NCBI GenBank assembly: GCA_963696385.1
Contig: CAVOKF010000003.1
Coordinates: 576,001 to 640,000, forward strand
DNA: 64,000 nucleotides
Source of the DNA: an uncultured delta proteobacterium
Lineage (GTDB): Bacteria > Myxococcota_A > Polyangia > Polyangiales > Polyangiaceae
Direction: 5' to 3'
This document shows positions 38,795-47,141 of the stretch, in pieces. Below the pieces are notes generated by a model. The model was given only the letters and a program-made list of their open reading frames with translations. It had not been told where the DNA came from and searched no databases. Positions within the stretch are counted from its first letter, which is position 1, and every line of letters starts with the position of its first letter. A program made the position numbers and the translations under genes.

Positions 38795-40354
38795 ATGGAG
38801 GCAGGTCAAACGATCGCAGGCAAGTATCGCCTGAACCGACCGCTGGGCGCGGGTGGAATGGCGTCGGTCTGGTCGGCCACAAACGTCTACACGGACCGAC
38901 AATTCGCCATCAAGTTCATGCTCCCGCAAGTCGCGGGCACGCCGGAAGCGGCACGCCGGTTCCTGCGCGAGGCGAAGGTCAGCGGGCGCATCAACCATCC
39001 CAATATCATCGAGGTGATCGACGTCGGACAAGCGCAGGACGGTGCGCTGTTCCTGGTGATGGAGCTTCTCAGCGGTCTATCGCTCGACGCCGCCGTGCGA
39101 CGGCGGAATCCTCCGATGACCGTACGCGACTTTTTGGCCATCATGCGCGACGTCGCGAGTGCGCTCGGAGCGGCCCACGCCGCTGGCGTCATCCACCGCG
39201 ATCTGAAGCCTACCAACATTTTTCTGCACACGGACCGCAACGGGAAGGTCGTACCTAAGCTGCTCGACTTTGGCGTCAGCAAGGTTCTCGAGGAGGGACG
39301 CGAGGGCCTCACGGCGGTCGGAACCGTGCTCGGTTCTCCCCTGTACATGAGCCCGGAACAGGCCATGGGGGCCGACGGAATCGACGGACGAACCGACGTG
39401 TTCGCGTTCGGTGCGATCCTCTTCGAGGCACTGTGCGGACGTCGCGCGTATTCGGGCGCCAATCTGCATGCACTCATCGTCGCCATCGCGACCACGGCGC
39501 CAAGAAATATCGACGACCTGGCACCCGAACTGCCGCCGACACTTCGGGCCCTCATTCGCGAATGCATGGCGAGAGACAAGGCGCAGCGACTGGCGTCGTT
39601 CCAAGTGGTCGCCGAGCGGCTTACCGCGGTGATCGATCACCTCGAGGCACCCGACCGCCGGCTTCCGGACGCATCTCAAGGAAGCCTCCCGGAGGAGGGC
39701 AAGACGCCGCGTCCGAACGAACCGAACCACAACCGCACCGGCGAGCGCGCCGCCCCGCCTGCGGCCGGAGACTCCGGAGGCACGTCGCCCCCCATCTCCA
39801 TCCCCATGTCTGCCCCCGTGTTGGCGCCGCCCGGCTTGGCTCGACCTCGTGGTCGTTTCGTATCCCGCGCTCTAGGGTATGCCCGAGTGGGGCTCCCTTC
39901 GGCGACGGGGGTGCTTGCGTTCTTGGCCCTCGTCGTTGCGGTCGCCGGACTGGTGCGTCGCGGTGGGTCCCCGCATGCCGAGACGGCGGGGCTCAGGCCT
40001 GCGACCGCCGCTCCGACGGTTCCGCTCGCCGAGGGGCTGAGCCCGTTGGCCGGATCGGAGCCATCGCGAAACGTCCCGACGGTCTCCGTCGACGCATTGC
40101 CCGTGGCCGCTCATGCGATTGCCTCGCGTGCGAGAAACGGCGGGCGACTCAGTATCGCCGCCACCCCTGGGTCTTGTTCGGTCTCGATCGACGGCATCCC
40201 ACACGGCGTCACTCCCACGCGCGGTCTCGAGGTGAGCGCCGGTACGCATCACGTCGAATGCGTGACGCCGAGCGGGCAGCCAAAGACCGCCACGGTCACG
40301 GTGAGCGAAGGAAGCGAGTCGCGCTACCGATTCACGCTCCCCGATGAGCCGTGA
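38795..40354 (+). CDS. Hanks-type Ser/Thr protein kinase with TM helix and C-terminal PEGA-like domain
   Basis: LGAGGMASV, AIK, HRDLKPTN, DFGVSK, YMSPEQ; TM VLAFLALVVAVAGLV; LSI.A.P...V.IDG...G.TP...V.AG.H; SD GGGGAG. Confidence 0.93.
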   Translation: MEAGQTIAGKYRLNRPLGAGGMASVWSATNVYTDRQFAIKFMLPQVAGTPEAARRFLREAKVSGRINHPNIIEVIDVGQAQDGALFLVMELLSGLSLDAAVRRRNPPMTVRDFLAIMRDVASALGAAHAAGVIHRDLKPTNIFLHTDRNGKVVPKLLDFGVSKVLEEGREGLTAVGTVLGSPLYMSPEQAMGADGIDGRTDVFAFGAILFEALCGRRAYSGANLHALIVAIATTAPRNIDDLAPELPPTLRALIRECMARDKAQRLASFQVVAERLTAVIDHLEAPDRRLPDASQGSLPEEGKTPRPNEPNHNRTGERAAPPAAGDSGGTSPPISIPMSAPVLAPPGLARPRGRFVSRALGYARVGLPSATGVLAFLALVVAVAGLVRRGGSPHAETAGLRPATAAPTVPLAEGLSPLAGSEPSRNVPTVSVDALPVAAHAIASRARNGGRLSIAATPGSCSVSIDGIPHGVTPTRGLEVSAGTHHVECVTPSGQPKTATVTVSEGSESRYRFTLPDEP

Positions 40355-41174
40355 CGAAGCGCTGCACCGCGCCATCGGCGACGCCTGCCTAGGCGTGGAT
40401 GCGGGCGAAGAGATCGCACGCGACTTGCCAGGCTTTCTCATCGCGCGCGGCGTCAAAGGCCATGACGTGGCTTCCTCTCTCAGCCATCGACGAGGGCTCG
40501 CCGTGTATCGGAGCTTGGTTCGAAACGGACTCTCGAGCGTCGCTTTGGGCCGACTGTCACGCACGCGCGCCCGTCTGAACGGCGCTTGCGAGGGACGCTT
40601 CGATGAGGATCTCGCCCAGTTTCTCGCCGAACGCGGACCCCGGACGCGCTACCTTCGAGACGTTCCCGCCGAGTTCTTCGCGTGGGCGGTGGCGGGATGG
40701 ATTGCAGACCCTCGAGTGCCCCGATATTTGCCCGATCTGGCTCGGTATGAGCTCGCCTGCTTCGACCTGGCAACCTTCGAACATGCGCGGCCACCGGAGC
40801 CGCTCGCGGCCGTGGCGCTCGACCGAGCCCTCGTGTTTGCGCCATCGACGCGGATCCGACGCTACGCCTGGGCCATTCACGAGTTGCACGATGCCGGCGA
40901 CTCGACCGAGACGCCGGCTTGCCTCGATGTCAGCCTGCTCGGGTACCGGGACAGCGAACACGTCGTCCGCTGGCTCGCCCTCACTCCACTGGCGGCAGAC
41001 ATCGTCGACCGACTCCTTGGGGGGGAGCCCGTGGGACAAGCGATCGAACGAGCCTGTGAAGCATCGCACGCCTCGGCGGATCGGGACGAGATGGCACGGT
41101 TGTTCGCCGATCTGGCCAACCGGGGCGTCCTCCTCGGCGCAAAAGAGCATGGACCCAAGTCGAACGACGTCTAG
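40344..41174 (+). CDS. DUF2063/HvfC-like MNIO partner protein (RiPP chaperone, C-terminal RRE/wHTH-like)
   Basis: GLAVYRSLVRN, F...LAQFL...GP...Y..DVP.EF, YLPDLARYELA, C-terminal LLGYRD...LTPLAA...LADLANRGVLLG; adjacent to the DUF692 gene. Confidence 0.82.
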   Translation: MSRDEALHRAIGDACLGVDAGEEIARDLPGFLIARGVKGHDVASSLSHRRGLAVYRSLVRNGLSSVALGRLSRTRARLNGACEGRFDEDLAQFLAERGPRTRYLRDVPAEFFAWAVAGWIADPRVPRYLPDLARYELACFDLATFEHARPPEPLAAVALDRALVFAPSTRIRRYAWAIHELHDAGDSTETPACLDVSLLGYRDSEHVVRWLALTPLAADIVDRLLGGEPVGQAIERACEASHASADRDEMARLFADLANRGVLLGAKEHGPKSNDV

Positions 41175-42136
41175 ATTTGTGCGCGCCCATGTTCTGCGCG
41201 CGCCCCGTCCGTCGTTGCATCGGTCGCGTCGAAGGATCTCCAGATGGCGCGAATGCGCATCAGCTCGTCGATTAGCTCAGCCAAAGGCGGGACATTCCGA
41301 TCACGCTCCAGAACGATCGGCACGGGCCCGGTTCGCGCGAGGACGCGTCGAAGAAGGCCAAGCACCGGCGGGGGTGCGGTGGCCCCGTGGGTATCGACGA
41401 TCATCGCGCCGGGAGAGCCCGCGGACTGCCGGTCGCCCAGGCCCCGATCGTCGACTGCGAACCATTCGTGACCCGCTACATGGATCTCCACGACGCGTTC
41501 GAGCGGTGCAGCGCGCATCCAGGCGTCCACATCGAAACCGAAGTTCGATGCGTTGACGTACGCGTTGTTGACGTCCAAGAGGAGACTGCAATCGGCCTCG
41601 TGGCATACGCTGGAAAGGAATTCCGGCTCACTCAGATCGGCGCGACCGGGATGCCAGTAGTAGCTCACGTTCTCGACCGCGAGCGGGCGGCGGATTGCGT
41701 CGCGCGCCCTTCGAATGCGGTCGGCGATCCGCGTGACGTTGCTGCGCGTGAAGGCCACAGGCAAAAGCTCGTGCAGAACGCGACCCCCGGCTTCACAAAA
41801 GCACAGGTGATCCGAATGCCAGGGCGCGCCCACGCGATCGAGCACAACGGCCAGCTCGCCAAGATGGCGTTGGTCGAGGGGCTCCAGTCCCCCCAGCGAG
41901 AGGGTCAGGCCGTGCGTCACGATCGGAAACCGATCCGCGACCCATTCGAGAGCGGCCGCAACCGACCCACCGCGTCGCACGTAGTTTTCCGGCGTTATTT
42001 CGAAAAAATCGATCGGGACCGCGGACGATGGCAAAGCGCAAGATCGCTCACCACCCGACGCGCTGCCCTTCTGAATCAACTCGTCGACGAAGTCCCAGCG
42101 AAGGCCGAGCCCCACGCCCCGGACAGGACTCGTCAC
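41171..42136 (-). CDS. DUF692 multinuclear non-heme iron oxidative enzyme (MNIO)
   Basis: GVGLGLR, EITPENY, HGLTLSLGG, SDHLC, HELLP, ENVSYY, LLLDVNNAYVN, EIHVAGH, DTHG, LERD; GTG overlaps the precursor stop. Confidence 0.96.
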   Translation of the reverse strand: MTSPVRGVGLGLRWDFVDELIQKGSASGGERSCALPSSAVPIDFFEITPENYVRRGGSVAAALEWVADRFPIVTHGLTLSLGGLEPLDQRHLGELAVVLDRVGAPWHSDHLCFCEAGGRVLHELLPVAFTRSNVTRIADRIRRARDAIRRPLAVENVSYYWHPGRADLSEPEFLSSVCHEADCSLLLDVNNAYVNASNFGFDVDAWMRAAPLERVVEIHVAGHEWFAVDDRGLGDRQSAGSPGAMIVDTHGATAPPPVLGLLRRVLARTGPVPIVLERDRNVPPLAELIDELMRIRAIWRSFDATDATTDGARAEHGRAQI

Positions 42137-42597
42137 AAGACTTTCTTCTTCGTATCGCTACCGCACGTGCCCGCGCCGCAGCTGGCCTCCGCATCCGAGG
42201 CCTTCGGCGCAGCGGTCTTCTTGACGGCCACCTTGGGCGCGATCGGCCTCGCCGGGGCCATGCTCGCCGCCGACGAGGATGTCGTCGAAGGCGCCGGAAT
42301 CGGTGAGGGTGGCGTCGGGGCGCTCGTTGGCGCGGTCACCGCGACCGCCGCCACCGTCCGTTGAGCACTGGCCGAGGCCGCGGGTGAGGTGGCATTCGAA
42401 TCCGCGGAAGCCTTGGCGTCGCCTCCGCAACCTCCGGCCGAGCACGACGCCTGCGCGTTGCCGCTCGACGGCGCCGGCTTCGTGGGCGCCACGACCTGCA
42501 CCGGTTGCGGCGCCGCACCCGCACACCCCACGACGGCCGTGGTTCCCAATGCGGTCAGGATCGCAGCAAAGCTTTCGAACGACAAATCGTGGCGCAT
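42133..42597 (-). CDS. Putative MNIO RiPP precursor lipoprotein with two CxAGxCG cores
   Basis: SD AAGAGGAG; signal peptide and lipobox AVVG-C25; NAQASCSAGGCGGDAK (C52, C57) and DAEASCGAGTCGSDTK (C140, C145) separated by an A/S/P/T-rich linker; translationally coupled to DUF692. Confidence 0.8.
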   Translation of the reverse strand: MRHDLSFESFAAILTALGTTAVVGCAGAAPQPVQVVAPTKPAPSSGNAQASCSAGGCGGDAKASADSNATSPAASASAQRTVAAVAVTAPTSAPTPPSPIPAPSTTSSSAASMAPARPIAPKVAVKKTAAPKASDAEASCGAGTCGSDTKKKVL

Positions 42598-42695
42598 GTC
42601 TCGCGGGCTCCTCTTTAGGCTGGGCTTCTTCGCTCGTCATGTGGGTGAGATCATGGCTCTCGCAGTACTCGACCGCCCAACATGCAGCTGCAGAA

Positions 42696-42721
42696 TACGG
42701 CACGGAGCACGGATGGTTTCA
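42696..42721 (-). promoter_or_regulatory. ECF-sigma-type promoter upstream of the RiPP precursor
   Basis: The minus strand reads TGAAAC-catccgtgctccgtgc(16)-CGTA, about 100 nt upstream of ATG 42597. Confidence 0.55.
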
Positions 42722-42847
42722 CAATTGTCGCTCGAGCCCCACGCGCACGATGTCCGGAAGGCGCCCGCCCCCCTCCGGGTCTGGTCACCGACGTTCCCAT
42801 GAGCTCGCACGTCCGTGAGCCGCACCGAAGGTGAACAAGTCCGCGTA

Positions 42848-42869
42848 CATCGACTCGTCCGAGTCGATG
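42848..42869. repeat. Perfect inverted repeat (candidate operator)
   Basis: CATCGACTCG-tc-CGAGTCGATG: 10-bp arms with a 2-bp spacer, in the divergent intergenic region. Confidence 0.5.
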
Positions 42870-42915
42870 CGATCGATCTCGCTTCGGACGTCGCCAGGGC
42901 GAGTAGAATCATCCG

Positions 42916-43491
42916 ATGCTCGAAGCCGACCGGCGCCTCTACCCGCTGTTCGTGAACCTTGCGGGACGCCGGGTTCTCGTTGCGGGAGCCGGAGTGGTCG
43001 CGACTCGGAAGATTGCGGCTCTCATCGAGATCGGTGCACGGGTGTGCGTCGTCGCTCCGAAGGCGACCGCCGACGTGGAGCGACTCGCCCGCCAGGGGGC
43101 GATCGACTGGCGCGAGCGGCCATTCCAAGGCAGCGACGTCGACGGCGCGTGGCTGGTCATCGCGGCCACGTCGGACGGCGCCGCGCAGCGGGCCATCGCA
43201 GCGGAAGCCGAAGCGCGGAGGGTCTTCGTCGTCGCCGTGAACGGGCATCCCGACGCGACCGCATGTTCGGGTGCGATCGTGCGGCGCGATCCGCTTCTCA
43301 TCTCGATCTCGTCGTCGGGATCGGCGCCCGCCCTGAGCCGGCTAGTCCGGGAGATCCTCGAGCAGGTCCTTCCGGCAGACGACTGGATTGAGCACGCCAA
43401 GAGGATGCGCGCGAAATGGATCGAGGCGGGCACGCCGAGCTCCCAGCGGTTCGGCGAATTGGTCAAGGAGATCGCTGCAAGAGCGCGGTAA
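42916..43491 (+). CDS. Precorrin-2 dehydrogenase/sirohydrochlorin ferrochelatase (CysG N-terminal/SirC-like)
   Basis: LYPLFVNLAGRRVLVAGAGVVATRK, LVIAAT, ISISSSGSAPAL; no methyltransferase domain. TAGAAT 6 nt before the ATG. Confidence 0.88.
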   Translation: MLEADRRLYPLFVNLAGRRVLVAGAGVVATRKIAALIEIGARVCVVAPKATADVERLARQGAIDWRERPFQGSDVDGAWLVIAATSDGAAQRAIAAEAEARRVFVVAVNGHPDATACSGAIVRRDPLLISISSSGSAPALSRLVREILEQVLPADDWIEHAKRMRAKWIEAGTPSSQRFGELVKEIAARAR

Positions 43492-43554
43492 CGGGCGCGT
43501 CCGAGGCCATGGCTTCGACGCGACGAACGGCACGCACGGCGTACGCTCGCGGCC

Positions 43555-44307
43555 TCACGCCTCTTCGACTCCCCAGCGGCGGGCAATGGCGCGATCGATG
43601 GGCGAAAATAAGACGATCTCGCTCGAGCGACTGAGCGCGACGATGACTACGACCACGGCAAGCACGAGCGCCGTATCGCCGAGATCGCGACCGGTTTCCA
43701 GCAGCTGACCTAGCCCGCCCGAAACGAACAGTAGCTCGCCGGCCATGAGCGAACGAAGTGCAAACGTCCAGCCCAGCTTCGCGCCCCCCAGGATGCCCGG
43801 CAGTGCCGCCGGCATGGTTACGGCGAACATCAGCCGCGCGCCGCGCGCTCCCATCGTCCGGGCCGCCCGTTCGATGGAAGGCGTCACGTGGCGCACTGCA
43901 TTTTCCGTGGCCACCGCCACCGGCAACGCGGCGCCAAGAACCACGACAAGCTGGATTGCGAGCTCGCTCAGCCCAAACCACAGGATGGCCAGCGGGAGCC
44001 AACAAATAGAAGGTACCGAGCTCAAGCCAAGCACGACGGGGCCGGCCGTATCCTTGAAAACACGAACGCGAGCTAGCCCTATTCCGAGCGGAATTCCGAG
44101 CGTCAGCGCCGTCCCATAGCCCAGGACGAGCCGGACGGCGCTCGTGGCGACGGCGCGCACGAGCGTTCCGTCGCGCACCCCGGCGATCATGGATCGACCC
44201 ACCTCGAGAGGCCCAGGCGCGAGCGGCGTGCGAGCGATCTCAGATGCCCCCGCCCAGATGACGACGAGGATCGCTGGGACCACGACTCCCCGGAGCCAGC
44301 CACGCAT
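43555..44307 (-). CDS. ABC transporter permease (SsuC/TauC/NitT family)
   Basis: SVPSICWLPLAILWFG, EAA-like ERAARTMGA, PAALP, LMAGELL. Confidence 0.9.
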   Translation of the reverse strand: MRGWLRGVVVPAILVVIWAGASEIARTPLAPGPLEVGRSMIAGVRDGTLVRAVATSAVRLVLGYGTALTLGIPLGIGLARVRVFKDTAGPVVLGLSSVPSICWLPLAILWFGLSELAIQLVVVLGAALPVAVATENAVRHVTPSIERAARTMGARGARLMFAVTMPAALPGILGGAKLGWTFALRSLMAGELLFVSGGLGQLLETGRDLGDTALVLAVVVVIVALSRSSEIVLFSPIDRAIARRWGVEEA

Positions 44308-45166
44308 CGTCCGCCTCCTCTCGCGCCACTTTTTCGACCTCGCTGGCGATGCGGCGCGCTATGCCGGCCGCGAGGCTGGAGACGCGCGTGTCGTTGGCAG
44401 CGCGCGGCCGCGGTACGTCAACGTATTCCTCGTGAAGGACACGCCCCGGGCGTGTCGCCATGAGCACGACGCGATCCGCCAGCCGGACAGCCTCCCTCAC
44501 ATTGTGAGTCACGAAAATCACCGTTTTCCGCGTCGCGGTCCAGATGCGCTCGAGCTCTCCCTGGAGAATCTCGCGCGTCTGCGCGTCGAGTGCTGCGAAG
44601 GGCTCGTCCATCAGAAGGACCGCCGGATTGGTTGCCAGAGCGCGCGCGATCGCCCCACGCTGACGCATGCCTCCCGACAGCTCGTGTGGATAACGATCCG
44701 CAAAGCGCCAGAGATGCACCAGCCGCAGAAGCTCTTCGCTGCGAGCGGCGCGAGCCGCCCGCGGCAGGCCCTGCAATTTCAAAGGGAACTCGACGTTGCC
44801 GCGAAGCGCGAGCCACGGAAAAAGGGCCGAGTCCTGGAAGACCATGGCCCGGTCGGGTCCAGGTGACGTGACCTCCGCGCCCCGATAGAGAACGTGGCCC
44901 TCCGTGGGCCTCACCAGCCCCGCCACCAAGTTCAGAATCGTCGATTTGCCACTCCCGGACGGGCCCAAAAGGCAAACGAACTCTCCGGCGGCGATACGAA
45001 GCGAAACAGTTTGCAGGATTTCGATGGACCCTTGCTTCGCACGGAGGGTGAGCGATACGGCATCGAGTGTCACGTTCGCGTCGGCGCGCGCGCCAGGCGT
45101 CGAGATCGCAGTCGCCCCCAGCGACGTCGGCGGCGGATCCATCCAGGCCTTCGCAAATGCGAACAC
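44240..45166 (-). CDS. ABC transporter ATP-binding subunit (SsuB/TauB family)
   Basis: GPSGSGKST, FQDSALFPW, LSGGMRQR, LLMDEPFAALDAQTR, FVTH. Start is GTG 45166 or ATG 45142, downstream of a sigma70 promoter. Confidence 0.92.
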   Translation of the reverse strand: MFAFAKAWMDPPPTSLGATAISTPGARADANVTLDAVSLTLRAKQGSIEILQTVSLRIAAGEFVCLLGPSGSGKSTILNLVAGLVRPTEGHVLYRGAEVTSPGPDRAMVFQDSALFPWLALRGNVEFPLKLQGLPRAARAARSEELLRLVHLWRFADRYPHELSGGMRQRGAIARALATNPAVLLMDEPFAALDAQTREILQGELERIWTATRKTVIFVTHNVREAVRLADRVVLMATRPGRVLHEEYVDVPRPRAANDTRVSSLAAGIARRIASEVEKVAREEADDAWLAPGSRGPSDPRRHLGGGI

Positions 45167-45172
45167 GGGCTC

Positions 45173-45201
45173 GTTATATTGAACCGAGCCCCTTGCGTCA
45201 A
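45173..45201 (-). promoter_or_regulatory. Sigma70 promoter of the ABC ATPase/permease operon
   Basis: The minus strand reads TTGACG-N17-TATAAC, 6 nt before the in-frame GTG 45166. Confidence 0.65.
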
Positions 45202-45271
45202 AGGCGTTCCGGCCCTCTCGTGCGTCGATGGAGCCCTGCCTCGCGCTGACATCCGGCGTCACGGAGGGGCG

Positions 45272-45907
45272 TCACCGTTCGTAGACGATGACGTTGTGGT
45301 AACGAGCCTCTCCGCTCGACGGGTTCTCGTAGGCATGGGGGCGGTCCGCGGCAAACGCGACCGAATCGCCTGCAGCAAGGTCGTGCATCTCTTCGGCAAC
45401 ACGCATCCTCAACTGCCCGGTCAGCACCACGAGGACTTCATGGGTTCCGGGCGCGTGCGCTTCGGAAGCGTGCACCGCGCGGGCCGCCAATCGAAGCTCG
45501 TAAAGCTCCACGAGTGGCGACGCACCGAGCGGTGACAGCGGACGGCTTTCGAACTTGCCGTCTGCAGAACGAAGCACCTGAGCGTCTCCCCGCTTGAGCA
45601 CGACGACTCCCGATCGGGGAGCGCCGATCAGCTCCGCAAAGGGCACACCCAGACCGACCGCGATCTTCCAGAGCACGCCGACCGTAGGATTGCTTTTGCA
45701 TGTCTCGATCTGCGAGAGGGCGGCACGGCTGACTCCGGAAGATCGCGCCAAGTCGTCCAACGAAAGCCCGCGAGCCTTCCGCCTTTGTCGCAGGTTCTCG
45801 GCGACACGGCGACCGAGTTCGGCTGCGCCGACGTCGTCGCCGGGGCCGGCCAGGGGCCGATTCGCCTTGCGCGTAACCACTTTTGCCTCCATTTCTTTTG
45901 CTCGCAT
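45272..45907 (-). CDS. XRE-cupin transcriptional regulator (SutR/PuuR-like)
   Basis: HTH LRQRRKARGLSLDDLARSSGVSRAALSQIE...NPT..LWKIA; cupin H...T.E...V..G...L..GDS..F.AD.PH.Y.N. Confidence 0.9.
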   Translation of the reverse strand: MRAKEMEAKVVTRKANRPLAGPGDDVGAAELGRRVAENLRQRRKARGLSLDDLARSSGVSRAALSQIETCKSNPTVGVLWKIAVGLGVPFAELIGAPRSGVVVLKRGDAQVLRSADGKFESRPLSPLGASPLVELYELRLAARAVHASEAHAPGTHEVLVVLTGQLRMRVAEEMHDLAAGDSVAFAADRPHAYENPSSGEARYHNVIVYER

Positions 45908-46089
45908 GATGGAACGGATTAAGGGCTGCAACGCCACTCCCGACCCGACGCGCGGCTCGCACCGTATCACGGCAGTCCGCCCGTGAACTCCGTTCGCGCT
46001 TGGGAGCATCGAGAGCGCCCGCTCGCCCGAAGCGCCTTTCCAGAGGCGCAAGCCATCCTGCGGGCGAGGCCCGCCGCCTCGCCCAAGCC

Positions 46090-47064
46090 GTGAAAACCCG
46101 CCCGCCCACGCGCCGGGAGTTGCTGGCGGGAGCCTGCTCGACCGCCTTGATGGGTGCGAGCGGATGCCGGAGGCCGAGCGACGGCATCGTACGCATCGGG
46201 TTCATGACGAACCTCACGCACGCTCCCGCCATCGTCGGCCTGGCGTCCGGACGCATTGCGCGAGCGCTCGGGGTCCCCGTCGAGCCGCGCAGTTTTCGGG
46301 TGGGACCGCGCGTCGCCGAAGCGCTCGTCGGCGACGCCATCGACGTCGGGGTTGCTGGTCCCTCTGCGCTCATTTACACGAATGCACGACACCGCAACGG
46401 AGTGCTGCGGGTGCTGTCCGGATGCTGCTCCGGCGGCGCCTCCTTCCTCGTTGGGACCCACTCCGGGATTCGAGTGCCCGGCGACTTGCGCGGCAAGACG
46501 CTTGCAACCACGCAGATCGGGACGACGCAGTACATTTCGCTGCGCAAGTATCTCCGGACGCACGGATTCGCGCCTGCCGAGCGGGGCGGTGACGTAACCG
46601 TCCACGCACTCGACGCCACCACCATCCTAACCGAGATGCGTCGAGGCGCTCTCGATGGCGCATGGCTGCCGGAACCGTGGGCCACGCGCGTCGTGCAGGA
46701 CGCCGGCGCCGTCCGCCTCATCGACGAGCGCGACCTGTGGCCCGCTCGTCGATTCCCGACAGCGCTCGTCGCCGCTCGGGGAGAGTTCGTTCGGCGGCGG
46801 CCGGATCTCGCAAAGCGCCTGACGGTCGCCATCGGCGACGAGATCGATCGCGCAGTCGGTGGAGCAACGGAGACTTGCGAAGAAGCGCGCATCGAACTCG
46901 GCCGTCTCGTCGGCAAGACACTGCCAAGCTCGCTCATGAGCGAGGCCTGGCGATGGGTCGACTTCACAAGCGACCCGCTGCGCGACGCTCTGGAAACACT
47001 GGCGGCGGACGCCGCCGCCCTGGGCCTCGCCCCGGCATCCACGTGCCGTAACCTGTTCACCTGA
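46090..47064 (+). CDS. ABC substrate-binding lipoprotein (SsuA-like), Tat-exported
   Basis: Twin-Arg TRRELL + lipobox ASGC; NLTHAPA, GP...EAL, ATTQIGTTQ, WLPEPW, FPT. Confidence 0.88.
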   Translation: MKTRPPTRRELLAGACSTALMGASGCRRPSDGIVRIGFMTNLTHAPAIVGLASGRIARALGVPVEPRSFRVGPRVAEALVGDAIDVGVAGPSALIYTNARHRNGVLRVLSGCCSGGASFLVGTHSGIRVPGDLRGKTLATTQIGTTQYISLRKYLRTHGFAPAERGGDVTVHALDATTILTEMRRGALDGAWLPEPWATRVVQDAGAVRLIDERDLWPARRFPTALVAARGEFVRRRPDLAKRLTVAIGDEIDRAVGGATETCEEARIELGRLVGKTLPSSLMSEAWRWVDFTSDPLRDALETLAADAAALGLAPASTCRNLFT

Positions 47065-47141
47065 CTCGGCCCCTGCCGCGGGTGGCTTGCCGGTTCTGAG
47101 TTCACCGACAACCGCCCGAAATCGGAAAAGAGCTCGCGCGC

